Source of the DNA: Auanema rhodensis
Taxonomy: Eukaryota > Animalia > Nematoda
Length of the DNA stretch: 64,000 nt
Assembly: GCA_964057225.1 (NCBI GenBank)
Contig: OZ059896.1
Location: 4,650,001 to 4,714,000 of the forward strand
Reading direction: 5' to 3'
Made by a program: the position numbers and the translations under genes. The notes under the pieces were generated by a model that worked only from the letters and a program-made list of their open reading frames with translations, searched no databases and was not told where the DNA came from. Within the stretch, counting starts at the first letter, position 1, and each line of letters starts with the position of its first letter. This document shows positions 25,101 through 40,325 of this stretch, piece after piece.

Positions 25101-28100
25101 AAAAAATTTTTGTCAAAATGTTTTTGGAAGCAATTTTGAGTGTACATGGAAACTCAACATACACTAATGCATCATTTTTCAAACGATCATAACTAATTTT
25201 TGTATTAAGTTTTTCTTAATGTAGTATAGTGCATTCGATGCGGACTTTTAAGCTGCGTCGATCTGTGTTATCAGATTTGCGCTAGCTTAAAAATGCACCG
25301 AGATATCAACTGATATAAGTTCACACTTATATCCTCGATTTTCACCCTGAAGAATTAATTTTTTCGTTGAATAACATTGTCCATCGTTTTTGCCTTGAAA
25401 GAAGGAATCTAAAAACATCTACTTTTTGCTAAATTATTTTGAAATTTTTCGAAAAAATTTTTGTCAAAATGTTTTTGGAAGCAATTTTGAGTGTACATGG
25501 AAACTCAACATACACTAATGCATCATTTTTCAAACAATCATAACTAATTTTTGTATTAAGCTTTCCTTAATGTAATATAGTGCATTCGATGCGGATTTTT
25601 AAGCTGCGTCGATCTGTGTTATCAGATTTGCGCTAGCTTAAAAATGCACCGAGATATCAACTGATATAAGTTCACACTTATATCCTCGATTTTCACCCTG
25701 AAGAATTAATTTTTTCGTTGAATAACATTGTCCATCGTTTTTGCCTTGAAAAAAGGAATCTAAAAACATCTACTTTTTGCTAAATTATTTCGAAATTTTT
25801 TGAAAAAATTTTTGTCAAAATGTTTTTGGAAGCAATTTTGAGTGTACATGGAAACTCAACATACACTAATGCATCATTTTTCAAACGATCATAACTAATT
25901 TTTGTGATGAGCGTTTCTCCATGTAGTATAATGCGGATTTTTAAGCTGCGTCGATCTGTGTTATCAGATTTGCGCTAGCTTAAAAATGCACCGAGATATC
26001 AACTGATATAAGTTCACACTTATATCCTCGATTTTCACCCTGAAGAATTATATTTTTCGTTGAATAACATTGTCCATCGTTTTTGCCTTGAAAGAAGGAA
26101 TCTAAAAACATCTACTTTTTGCTAAATTATTTTGAAATTTTTTGAAAAAATTTTTGTCAAAATGTTTTTGGAAGCAATTTTGAGTGTACATGGAAACTCA
26201 ACATACACTAATGCATCATTTTTCAAACGATCATAACTAATTTTTGTATTAAGCTTTTCTTAATGTAGTATAGTGCATTCGATGCGGACTTTTAAGCTGC
26301 GTCGATCTATGTTATCAGATTTGCGCTAGCTTAAAAATGCACCGAGATATTAACTGATATAAGTTCACACTTATATCCTCGATTTTCACCCTGAAGAATT
26401 AATTTTTTCGTTGAATAACATTGTCCATCGTTTTTGCCTCAAAAAAAGGAATCTAAAAACATCTACTTTTTGCGAAATTATTCTGAAATTTTTCGAAAAA
26501 ATTTTGTCAAAATGTTTTTGGAAGCAATGTTGAGTGTACATGGAAACTCAACATACACTAATGCATCATTTTTCAAACGATCATAACTAATTTTTGTGAT
26601 GAGCGTTTCTCCATGTAGTATAATGCATTCGATGCGGATTTTTAAGCTGCGTCGATCTGTGTTATCAGATTTGCGCTAGCTTAAAAATGCACCGAGATAT
26701 CAACTGATATAAGTTCACACTTATATCCTCGATTTTCACCCTGAAGAATTAATTTTTTCGTTGAATAACATTGTCCATCGTTTTTGCCTTGAAAGAAGGA
26801 ATCTAAAAACATCTACTTTTTGCTAAATTATTTTGAAATTTTTCGAAAAAATTTTTGTCAAAATGTTTTTGGAAGCAATTTTGAGTGTACATGGAAACTC
26901 AACATACACTAATGCATCATTTTTCAAACAATCATAACTAATTTTTGTATTAAGCTTTTCTTAATGTAATATAGTGCATTCGATGCGGATTTTTAAGCTG
27001 CGTCGATCTGTGTTATCAGATTTGCGCTAGCTTAAAAATGCACCGAGATATCAACTGATATAAGTTCACACTTATATCCTCGATTTTCTCCCTGAAGAAT
27101 TAATTTTTTCGTTGAATAACATTGTCCATCGTTTTTGCCTCAAAAAAAGGAATCTAAAAACATCTACTTTTTGCGAAATTATTTTGAAATTTTTCGAAAA
27201 AATTTTGTCAAAATGTTTTTGGAAGCAATGTTGAGTGTACATGGAAACTCAACATACACTAATGCATCATTTTTCAAACGATCATAACTAATTTTTGTGA
27301 TGAGCGTTTCTCCATGTAGTATAATGCATTCGATGCGGATTTTTAAGCTGCGTCGATCTGTGTTATCAGATTTGCGCTAGCTTAAAAATGCACCGAGATA
27401 TCAACTGATATAAGTTCACACTTATATCCTCGATTTTCACCCTGAAGAATTAATTTTTTCGTTGAATAACATTGCCCATCGTTTTTGCCTTGAAAGAAGG
27501 AATCTAAAAACATCTACTTTTTGCTAAATTATTTTGAAATTTTTCGAAAAAATTTTTGTCAAAATGTTTTTGGAAGCAATGTTGAGTGTACATGGAAACT
27601 CAACATACACTAATGCATCATTTTTCAAACGATCATAACTAATTTTTGTATTAAGCTTTTCTCAATGTTATTTAGTGCATTCGATGCGGTTTTTTAAGCT
27701 GCGTCGATCTGTGTTATCAGATTTGCGCTAGCTTAAAAATGCACCGAGATATTAACTGATATAAGTTCACACTTATATCCTCGATTTTCACCCTGAAGAA
27801 TTAATTTTTTCGTTGAATAACATTGTCCATCGTTTTTGCCTCAAAAAAAGGAATCTAAAAACATCTACTTTTTGCGAAATTATTTTGAAATTTTTCGAAA
27901 AAATTTTGTCAAAATGTTTTTGGAAGCAATGTTGAGTGTACATGGAAACTCAACATACACTAATGCATCATTTTTCAAACGATCATAACTAATTTTTGTA
28001 TTAAGCTTTCCTCAATGTAATATAGTGCATTCGATGCGGATTTTTAAGCTGCGTCGATCTGTGTTATCAGATTTGCGCTAGCTTAAAAATGCACCGAGAT

Positions 28101-31100
28101 ATCAACTGATATAAGTTCACACTTATATCCTCGATTTTCACCCTGAAGAATTAATTTTTTCGTTGAATAACATTGCTCATCGTTTTTGCCTTGAAAGAAG
28201 GAATCTAAAAACATCTACTTTTTGCTAAATTATTTTGAAATTTTTCGAAAAAATTTTTGTCAAAATGTTTTTGGAAGCAATTTTGAGTGTACATGGAAAC
28301 TCAACATACACTAATGCATCATTTTTCAAACGATCATAACTAATTTTTGTATTAAGCTTTTCTTAATGTAGTATAGTGCTTTCGATGCGGACTTTTAAGC
28401 TGCGTCGATCTGTGTTATCAGATTTGCGCTAGCTTAAAAATGCACCGAGATATCAACTGATATAAGTTCACACTTATATCCTCGATTTTCACCCTGAAGA
28501 ATTAATTTTTTCGTTGAATAACATTGTCCATCGTTTTTGCCTTGAAAGAAGGAATCTAAAAACATCTACTTTTTGCTAAATTATTTTGAAATTTTTCGAA
28601 AAAATTTTTGTCAAAATGTTTTTGGAAGCAATTTTGAGTGTACATGGAAACTCAACATACACTAATGCATCATTTTTCAAACAATCATAACTAATTTTTG
28701 TATTAAGCTTTCCTCAATGTAATATAGTGCATTCGATGCGGATTTTTAAGCTGCGTCGATCTATGTTATCAGATTTGCGCTAGCTTAAAAATGCACCGAG
28801 ATATTAACTGATATAAGTTCACACTTATATCCTCGATTTTCACCCTGAAGAATTAATTTTTTCGTTGAATAACATTGTCCATCGTTTTTGCCTCAAAAAA
28901 AGGAATCTAAAAACATCTACTTTTTGCGAAATTATTCTGAAATTTTTCGAAAAAATTTTGTCAAAATGTTTTTGGAAGCAATGTTGAGTGTACATGGAAA
29001 CTCAACATACACTAATGCATCATTTTTCAAACGATCATAACTAATTTTTGTGATGAGCGTTTCTCCATGTAGTATAATGCATTCGATGCGGATTTTTAAG
29101 CTGCGTCGATCTGTGTTATCAGATTTGCGCTAGCTTAAAAATGCACCGAGATATCAACTGATATAAGTTCACTCTTATATCCTCGATTTTCACCCTGAAG
29201 AATTAATTTTTTCGTTGAATAACATTGTCCATCGTTTTTGCCTTGAAAGAAGGAATCTAAAAACATCTACTTTTTGCTAAATTATTCTGAAATTTTTCGA
29301 AAAAATTTTTGTCAAAATGTTTTTGGAAGCAATTTTGAGTGTACATGGAAACTCAACATACACTAATGCATCATTTTTCAAACGATCATAACTAATTTTT
29401 GTATTAAGCTTTTCTTAATGTAGTATAGTGCATTCGATGCGGACTTTTAAGCTGCGTCGATCTGTGTTATCAGATTTGCGCTAGCTTAAAAATGCACCGA
29501 GATATCAACTGATATAAGTTCACACTTATATCCTCGATTTTCACCCTGAAGAATTAATTTTTTCGTTGAATAACATTGTCCATCGTTTTTGCCTTGAAAA
29601 AAGGAATCTAAAAACATCTACTTTTTGTGAAATTATTTTGAAATTTTTCGAAAAAATTTTTGTCAAAATGTTTTTGGAAGCAATTTTGAGTGTACATGGA
29701 AACTCAATATACACTAATGCATCATTTTTCAAACGATCATAACTAATTTTTGTATTAAGCTTTTCTTAATGTAGTATAGTGCATTCGATGCGGACTTTTA
29801 AGCTGCGTCGATCTATGTTATCAGATTTGCGCTAGCTTAAAAATGCACCGAGATATTAACTGATATAAGTTCACACTTATATCCTCGATTTTCACCCTGA
29901 AGAATTAATTTTTTCGTTGAATAACATTGTCCATCGTTTTTGCCTTGAAAAAAGAAATCTAAAAACATCTACTTTTTGCTAAATTATTTTGAAATTTTTC
30001 GAAAAAATTTTTGTCAAAATGTTTTTGGAAGCAATTTTGAGTGTACATGGAAACTCAACATACACTAATGCATCATTTTTCAAACGATCATAACTAATTT
30101 TTGTGATGAGCGTTTCTCCATGTAGTATAATGCATTCGATGCGGATTTTTAAGCTGCGTCGATCTATGTTATCAGATTTGCGCTAGCTTAAAAATGCACC
30201 GAGATATTAACTGATATAAGTTCACACTTATATCCTCGATTTTCACCCTGAAGAATTAATTTTTTCGTTGAATAACATTGTCCATCGTTTTTGCCTCAAA
30301 AAAAGGAATCTAAAAACATCTACTTTTTGCGAAATTATTCTGAAATTTTTCGAAAAAATTTTGTCAAAATGTTTTTGGAAGCAATGTTGAGTGTACATGG
30401 AAACTCAACATACACTAATGCATCATTTTTCAAACGATCATAACTAATTTTTGTGATGAGCGTTTCTCCATGTAGTATAATGCATTCGATGCGGATTTTT
30501 AAGCTGCGTCGATCTGTGTTATCAGATTTGCGCTAGCTTAAAAATGCACCGAGATATCAACTGATATAAGTTCACTCTTATATCCTCGATTTTCACCCTG
30601 AAGAATTAATTTTTTCGTTGAATAACATTGTCCATCGTTTTTGCCTTGAAAGAAGGAATCTAAAAACATCTACTTTTTGCTAAATTATTTTGAAATTTTT
30701 CGAAAAAATTTTTGTCAAAATGTTTTTGGAAGCAATTTTGAGTGTACATGGAAACTCAACATACACTAATGCATCATTTTTCAAACGATCATAACTAATT
30801 TTTGTATTAAGCTTTTCTTAATGTAGTATAGTGCATTCGATGCGGACTTTTAAGCTGCGTCGATCTGTGTTATCAGATTTGCGCTAGCTTAAAAATGCAC
30901 CGAGATATTAACTGATATAAGTTCACACTTATATCCTCGATTTTCACCCTGAAGAATTAATTTATTCGTTGAATAACATTGTCCATCGTTTTTGCCTCAA
31001 AAAAAGGAATCTAAAAACATCTACTTTTTGCGAAATTATTTTGAAATTTTTCGAAAAAATTTTGTCAAAATGTTTTTGGAAGCAATGTTGAGTGTACATG

Positions 31101-34100
31101 GAAACTCAACATACACTAATGCATCATTTTTCAAACGATCATAACTAATTTTTGTGATGAGCGTTTCTCCATGTAGTATAATGCATTCGATGCGGATTTT
31201 TAAGCTGCGTCGATCTGTGTTATCAGATTTGCGCTAGCTTAAAAATGCACCGAGATATTAACTGATATAAGTTCACACTTATATCCTCGATTTTCACCCT
31301 GAAGAATTAATTTTTTCGTTGAATAACATTGTCCATCGTTTTTGCCTCAAAAAAAGGAATCTAAAAACATCTACTTTTTGCGAAATTATTTTGAAATTTT
31401 TCGAAAAAATTTTGTCAAAATGTTTTTGGAAGCAATGTTGAGTGTACATGGAAACTCAACATACACTAATGCATCATTTTTCAAACGATCATAACTAATT
31501 TTTGTGATGAGCGTTTCTCCATGTAGTATAATGCATTCGATGCGGATTTTTAAGCTGCGTCGATCTGTGTTATCAGATTTGCGCTAGCTTAAAAATGCAC
31601 CGAGATATCAACTGATATAAGTTCACACTTATATCCTCGATTTTCACCCTGAAGAATTAATTTTTTCGTTGAATAACATTGTCCATCGTTTTTGCCTTGA
31701 AAAAAGGAATCTAAAAATATCTACTTTTTGCTAAATTATTCTGAAATTTTTCGAAAAAATTTTTGTCAAAATGTTTTTGGAAGCAATGTTGAGTGTACAT
31801 GGAAACTCAACATACACTAATGCATCATTTTTCAAACGATCATAACTAATTTTTGTGATGAGCGTTTCTCCATGTAGTATAATGCATTCGATGCGGATTT
31901 TTAAGCTGCGTCGATCTGTGTTATCAGATTTGCGCTAGCCTAAAAATGCACCGAGATATCAACTGATATAAGTTCACACTTATATCCTCGATTTTCACCC
32001 TGAAGAATTAATTTTTTCGTTGAATAACATTGTCCATCGTTTTTGCCTTGAAAGAAGGAATCTAAAAACATCTACTTTTTGCTAAATTATTCTGAAATTT
32101 TTCGAAAAAATTTTTGTCAAAATGTTTTTGGAAGCAATTTTGAGTGTACATGGAAACTCAACATACACTAATGCATCATTTTTCAAACAATCATAACTAG
32201 TTTTTGTATTAAGCTTTCCTCAATGTAATATAGTGCATTCGATGCGGATTTTTAAGCTGCGTCGATCTGTGTTATCAGATTTGCGCTAGCCTAAAAATGC
32301 ACCGAGATATCAACTGATATAAGTTCACACTTATATCCTCGATTTTCACCCTGAAGAATTAATTTTTTCGTTGAATAACATTGTCCATCGTTTTTGCCTT
32401 GAAAGAAGGAATCTAAAAACATCTACTTTTTGCTAAATTATTTTGAAATTTTTCGAAAAAATTTTTGTCAAAATGTTTTTGGAAGCAATTTTGAGTGTAC
32501 ATGGAAACTCAACATACACTAATGCATCATTTTTCAAACAATCATAACTAGTTTTTGTATTAAGCTTTCCTCAATGTAATATAGTGCATTCGATGCGGAT
32601 TTTTAAGCTGCGTCGATCTGTGTTATTAGATTTGCGCTAGCTTAAAAATGCACCGAGATATCAACTGATATAAGTTCACACTTATATCCTCGATTTTCAC
32701 CCTGAAGAATTAATTTTTTCGTTGAATAACATTGTCCATCGTTTTTGCCTTGAAAGAAGGAATCTAAAAACATCTACTTTTTGCTAAATTATTTTGAAAT
32801 ATTTCGAAAAAATTTTTGTCAAAATGTTTTTGGAAGCAATGTTGAGTGTACATGGAAACTCAACATACACTAATGCATCATTTTTCAAACGATCATAACT
32901 AATTTTTGTATCGAGCGTTTCTTAATGTATTATAGTGCATTCGATGCGGATTTTTAAGCTGCTTCGATCTGTGTTATCAGATTTGCGCTAGCTTAAAAAT
33001 GCACCGAGATATCAACTGATATAAGTTCACACTTATATCCTCGATTTTCACCCTGAAGAATTAATTTTTTCGTTGAATAACATTGTCCATCGTTTTTGCC
33101 TTGAAAAAAGGAATCTAAAAACATCTACTTTTTGCTAAATTATTTTGAAATTTTTCGAAAAAATTTTTGTCAAAATGTTTTTGGAAGCAATTTTGAGTGT
33201 ACATGGAAACTCAACATACACTAATGCATCATTTTTCAAACGATCATAACTAATTTTTGTATTAAGCTTTTCTTAATGTAGTATAGTGCATTCGATGCGG
33301 ATTTTTAAGCTGCTTCGATCTGTGTTATCAGATTTGCGCTAGCTTAAAAATGCACCGAGATATCAACTGATATAAGTTCACACTTATATCCTCGATTTTC
33401 ACCCTGAAGAATTAATTTTTTCGTTGAATAACATTGTCCATCGTTTTTGCCTTGAAAGAAGGAATCTAAAAACATCTACTTTTTGCTAAATTATTTTGAA
33501 ATTTTTCGAAAAAATTTTTGTCAAAATGTTTTTGGAAGCAATTTTGAGTGTACATGGAAACTCAACATACACTAATGCATCATTTTTCAAACGATCATAA
33601 CTAATTTTTGTATTCAGCTTTCCTCAATGTAATATAGTGCATTCGATGCGGATTTTTAAGCTGCGTCGATCTGTGTTATTAGATTTGCGCTAGCTTAAAA
33701 ATGCACCGAGATATTAACTGATATAAGTTCACACTTATATCCTCGATTTTCACCCTGAAGAATTAATTTTTTCGTTGAATAACATTGTCCATCGTTTTTG
33801 CCTCAAAAAAAGGAATCTAAAAACATCTACTTTTTGCGAAATTATTTTGAAATTTTTCGAAAAAATTTTTGTCAAAATGTTTTTGGAAGCAATTTTGAGT
33901 GTACATGGAAACTCAACATACACTAATGCATCATTTTTCAAACGATCATAACTAATTTTTGTATTAAGCTTTTCTTAATGTAGTATAGTGCATTCGATGC
34001 GGACTTTTAAGCTGCGTCGATCTATGTTATCAGATTTGCGCTAGCTTAAAAATGCACCGAGATATCAACTGATATAAGTTCACACTTATATCCTCGATTT

Positions 34101-35068
34101 TCACCCTGAAGAATTAATTTTTTCGTTGAATAACATTGTCCATCGTTTTTGCCTCAAAAAAAGGAATCTAAAAACATCTACTTTTTGCGAAATTATTTTG
34201 AAATTTTTCGAAAAAATTTTTGTCAATATGTTTTTGGAAGCAATGTTGAGTGTACATGGAAACTCAACATACACTAATGCATCATTTTTCAAACGATCAT
34301 AACTAATTTTTGTATTGAGCGTTTCTCTATGTAATATAGTGCATTCGATGCGGATTTTTAAGCTGCGTCGATCTGTGTTATCAGATTTGCGCTAGCTTAA
34401 AAATGCACCGAGATATTAACTGATATAAGTTCACACTTATATCCTCGATTTTCACCCTGAAGAATTAATTTTTTCGTTGAATAACATTGTCCATCGTTTT
34501 TGCTTTGAAAGAAGGAATCTAAAAACATCTACTTTTTGCTAAATTGTTTTGAAATTTTTCGAAAAAATTTTTGTCAAAATGTTTTTGGAAGCAATTTTGA
34601 GTGTACATGGAAACTCAACATACACTAATGCATCATTTTTCAAACGATCATAACTAATTTTTGTATTAAGCTTTTCTTAATGTAGTATAGTGCATTCGAT
34701 GCGGACTTTTAAGCTGCGTCGATCTATGTTATCAGATTTGCGCTAGCTTAAAAATGCACCGAGATATCAACTGATATAAGTTCACACTTATATCCTCGAT
34801 TTTCACCCTGAAGAATTAATTTTTTCGTTGAATAACATTGTCCATCGTTTTTGCCTTGAAAGAAGGAATCTAAAAACATCTACTTTTTGCTAAATTATTT
34901 TGAAATTTTTCGAAAAAATTTTTGTCAAAATGTTTTTGGAAGCAATTTTGAGTGTACATGGAAACTCAACATACACTAATGCATCATTTTTCAAACGATC
35001 ATAACTAATTTTTGTATTAAGCTTTTCTCAATGTCATATAGTGCGATCGATGCGGTTTTTTAAGCTGC

Positions 35069-38000
35069 GTCGATCTGTGTTATCAGATTTGCGCTAGCTT
35101 AAAAATGCACCGAGATATTAACTGATATAAGTTCACACTTATATCCTCGATTTTCACCCTGAAGAATTAATTTTTTCGTTGAATAACATTGTCCATCGTT
35201 TTTGCCTCAAAAAAAGGAATCTAAAAACATCTACTTTTTGCGAAATTATTTTGAAATTTTTCGAAAAAGTTTTGTCAAAATGTTTTTGGAAGCAATTTTG
35301 AGTGTACATGGAAACTCAACATACACTAATGCATCATTTTTCAAACGATCATAACTAATTTTTGTATTAAGCTTTTCTCAATGTAATATAGTGCATTCGA
35401 TGCGGTTTTTTAAGCTGCGTCGATCTGTGTTATCAGATTTGCGCTAGCTTAAAAATGCACCGAGATATTAACTGATATAAGTTCACACTTATATCCTCGA
35501 TTTTCACCCTGAAGAATTAATTTTTTCGTTGAATAACATTGTCCATCGTTTTTGCCTCAAAAAAAGGAATCTAAAAACATCTACTTTTTGCGAAATTATT
35601 TTGAAATTTTTCGAAAAAATTTTGTCAAAATGTTTTTGGAAGCAATGTTGAGTGTACATGGAAACTCAACATACACTAATGCATCATTTTTCAAACGATC
35701 ATAACTAATTTTTGTGATGAGCGTTTCTCCATGTAGTATAATGCATTCGATGCGGATTTTTAAGCTGCTTCGATCTGTGTTATCAGATTTGCGCTAGCTT
35801 AAAAATGCACCGAGATATCAACTGATATAAGTTCACACTTATATCCTCGATTTTCACCCTGAAGAATTAATTTCTTCGTTGAATAACATTGTCCATCGTT
35901 TTTGCCTCAAAAAAAGGAATCTAAAAACATCTACTTTTTGCTAAATTATTTTGAAATTTTTCGAAAAAATTTTTGTCAAAATGTTTTTGGAAGCAATTTT
36001 GAGTGTACATGGAAACTCAACATACACTAATGCATCATTTTTCAAACGATCATAACTAATTTTTGTATTAAGCTTTTCTTAATGTAGTATAGTGCATTCG
36101 ATGCGGACTTTTAAGCTGCGTCGATCTATGTTATCAGATTTGCGCTAGCTTAAAAATGCACCGAGATATCAACTGATATAAGTTCACACTTATATCCTCG
36201 ATTTTCACCCTGAAGAATTAATTTTTTCGTTGAATAACATTGTCCATCGTTTTTGCCTTGAAAAAAGGAATCTAAAAACATCTACTTTTTGCTAAATTAT
36301 TTTGAAATTTTTCGAAAAAATTTTTGTCAAAATGTTTTTGGAAGCAATGTTGAGTGTACATGGAAACTCAACATACACTAATGCATCATTTTTCAAACGA
36401 TCATAACTAATTTTTGTATTAAGCGTTTCTCTATGTAATATAGTGCATTCGATGCGGATTTTTAAGCTGCGTCGATCTGTGTTATCAGATTTGCGCTAGC
36501 TTAAAAATGCACCGAGATATTAACTGATATAAGTTCACACTTATATCCTCGATTTTCACCCTGAAGAATTAATTTTTTCGTTGAATAACATTGTCCATCG
36601 TTTTTGCCTCAAAAAAAGGAATCTAAAAACATCTACTTTTTGCGAAATTATTTTGAAATTTTTCGAAAAAGTTTTGTCAAAATGTTTTTGGAAGCAATTT
36701 TGAGTGTACATGGAAACTCAACATACACTAATGCATCATTTTTCAAACGATCATAACTAATTTTTGTATTAAGCTTTTCTCAATGTAATATAGTGCATTC
36801 GATGCGGTTTTTTAAGCTGCGTCGATCTGTGTTATCAGATTTGCGCTAGCTTAAAAATGCACCGAGATATTAACTGATATAAGTTCACACTTATATCCTC
36901 GATTTTCACCCTGAAGAATTAATTTTTTCGTTGAATAACATTGTCCATCGTTTTTGCCTCAAAAAAAGGAATCTAAAAACATCTACTTTTTGCGAAATTA
37001 TTTTGAAATTTTTCGAAAAAATTTTGTCAAAATGTTTTTGGAAGCAATGTTGAGTGTACATGGAAACTCAACATACACTAATGCATCATTTTTCAAACGA
37101 TCATAACTAATTTTTGTGATGAGCGTTTCTCCATGTAGTATAATGCATTCGATGCGGATTTTTAAGCTGCTTCGATCTGTGTTATCAGATTTGCGCTAGC
37201 TTAAAAATGCACCGAGATATCAACTGATATAAGTTCACACTTATATCCTCGATTTTCACCCTGAAGAATTAATTTCTTCGTTGAATAACATTGTCCATCG
37301 TTTTTGCCTCAAAAAAAGGAATCTAAAAACATCTACTTTTTGCTAAATTATTTTGAAATTTTTCGAAAAAATTTTTGTCAAAATGTTTTTGGAAGCAATT
37401 TTGAGTGTACATGGAAACTCAACATACACTAATGCATCATTTTTCAAACGATCATAACTAATTTTTGTATTAAGCTTTTCTTAATGTAGTATAGTGCATT
37501 CGATGCGGACTTTTAAGCTGCGTCGATCTATGTTATCAGATTTGCGCTAGCTTAAAAATGCACCGAGATATCAACTGATATAAGTTCACACTTATATCCT
37601 CGATTTTCACCCTGAAGAATTAATTTTTTCGTTGAATAACATTGTCCATCGTTTTTGCCTTGAAAAAAGGAATCTAAAAACATCTACTTTTTGCGAAATT
37701 ATTTTGAAATTTTTCGAAAAAATTTTGTCAAAATGTATTTGGAAGCAATGTTGAGTGTACATGGAAACTCAACATACACTAATGCATCATTTTTCAAACG
37801 ATCATAACTAATTTTTGTGATGAGCGTTTCTCCATGTAGTATAATGCATTCGATGCGGATTTTTAAGCTGCGTCGATCTGTGTTATCAGATTTGCGCTAG
37901 CTTAAAAATGCACCGAGATATTAACTGATATAAGTTCACACTTATATTCTCGATTTTCACCCTGAAGAATTAATTTTTTCGTTGAATAACATCGTCCATC

Positions 38001-40325
38001 GTTTTTGCCTTGAAAGAAGGAATCTAAAAACATCTACTTTTTGCTAAATTATTTTGAAATTTTTCGAAAAAATTTTTGTCAAAATGTTTTTGGAAGCAAT
38101 TTTGAGTGTACATGGAAACTCAACATACACTAATGCATCATTTTTCAAACGATCATAACTAATTTTTGTATTGAGCGTTTTTTAATGTATTATAGTGCAT
38201 TCGATGCGGATTTTTAAGCTGCTTCGATCTGTGTTATCAGATTTGCGCTAGCTTAAAAATGCACCGAGATATCAACTGATATAAGTTCACACTTATATCC
38301 TCGATTTTCACCCTGAAGAATTAATTTCTTCGTTGAATAACATTGTCCATCGTTTTTGCCTCAAAAAAAGGAATCTAAAAACATCTACTTTTTGCTAAAT
38401 TATTTTGAAATTTTTCGAAAAAATTTTTGTCAAAATGTTTTTGGAAGCAATTTTGAGTGTACATGGAAACTCAACATACACTAATGCATCATTTTTCAAA
38501 CGATCATAACTAATTTTTGTATTAAGCTTTTCTTAATGTAGTATAGTGCATTCGATGCGGACTTTTAAGCTGCGTCGATCTATGTTATCAGATTTGCGCT
38601 AGCTTAAAAATGCACCGAGATATCAACTGATATAAGTTCACACTTATATCCTCGATTTTCACCCTGAAGAATTAATTTTTTCGTTGAATAACATTGTCCA
38701 TCGTTTTTGCCTTGAAAAAAGGAATCTAAAAACATCTACTTTTTGCGAAATTATTTTGAAATTTTTCGAAAAAATTTTGTCAAAATGTATTTGGAAGCAA
38801 TGTTGAGTGTACATGGAAACTCAACATACACTAATGCATCATTTTTCAAACGATCATAACTAATTTTTGTGATGAGCGTTTCTCCATGTAGTATAATGCA
38901 TTCGATGCGGATTTTTAAGCTGCGTCGATCTGTGTTATCAGATTTGCGCTAGCTTAAAAATGCACCGAGATATTAACTGATATAAGTTCACACTTATATC
39001 CTCGATTTTCACCCTGAAGAATTAATTTTTTCGTTGAATAACATTGTCCATCGTTTTTGCCTCAAAAAAAGGAATCTAAAAACATCTACTTTTTGCGAAA
39101 TTATTTTGAAATTTTTCGAAAAAATTTTGTCAAAATGTTTTTGGAAGCAATGTTGAGTGTACATGGAAACTCAACATACACTAATGCATCATTTTTCAAA
39201 CGATCATAACTAATTTTTGTGATGAGCGTTTCTCCATGTAGTATAATGCATTCGATGCGGATTTTTAAGCTGCTTCGATCTGTGTTATCAGATTTGCGCT
39301 AGCTTAAAAATGCACCGAGATATCAACTGATATAAGTTCACACTTATATCCTCGATTTTCACCCTGAAGAATTAATTTCTTCGTTGAATAACATTGTCCA
39401 TCGTTTTTGCCTCAAAAAAAGGAATCTAAAAACATCTACTTTTTGCTAAATTATTTTGAAATTTTTCGAAAAAATTTTTGTCAAAATGTTTTTGGAAGCA
39501 ATTTTGAGTGTACATGGAAACTCAACATACACTAATGCATCATTTTTCAAACGATCATAACTAATTTTTGTATTAAGCTTTTCTTAATGTAGTATAGTGC
39601 ATTCGATGCGGACTTTTAAGCTGCGTCGATCTATGTTATCAGATTTGCGCTAGCTTAAAAATGCACCGAGATATCAACTGATATAAGTTCACACTTATAT
39701 CCTCGATTTTCACCCTGAAGAATTAATTTTTTCGTTGAATAACATTGTCCATCGTTTTTGCCTTGAAAAAAGGAATCTAAAAACATCTACTTTTTGCGAA
39801 ATTATTTTGAAATTTTTCGAAAAAATTTTGTCAAAATGTATTTGGAAGCAATGTTGAGTGTACATGGAAACTCAACATACACTAATGCATCATTTTTCAA
39901 ACGATCATAACTAATTTTTGTGATGAGCGTTTCTCCATGTAGTATAATGCATTCGATGCGGATTTTTAAGCTGCGTCGATCTGTGTTATCAGATTTGCGC
40001 TAGCTTAAAAATGCACCGAGATATTAACTGATATAAGTTCACACTTATATTCTCGATTTTCACCCTGAAGAATTAATTTTTTCGTTGAATAACATCGTCC
40101 ATCGTTTTTGCCTTGAAAGAAGGAATCTAAAAACATCTACTTTTTGCTAAATTATTTTGAAATTTTTCGAAAAAATTTTTGTCAAAATGTTTTTGGAAGC
40201 AATTTTGAGTGTACATGGAAACTCAACATACACTAATGCATCATTTTTCAAACGATCATAACTAATTTTTGTATTGAGCGTTTTTTAATGTATTATAGTG
40301 CATTCGATGCGGATTTTTAAGCTGC
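35069..40325. repeat. 4-mer duplication (1402 bp) grading into 3-mer periodicity (1051-1052 bp)
   Basis: AAAAAGTTTTG occurs at 35269 and 36671. AATTTCTTCG occurs at 35874, 37276, 38328 and 39379. AAATGTATTT occurs at 37737, 38789 and 39840. Confidence 0.87.
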
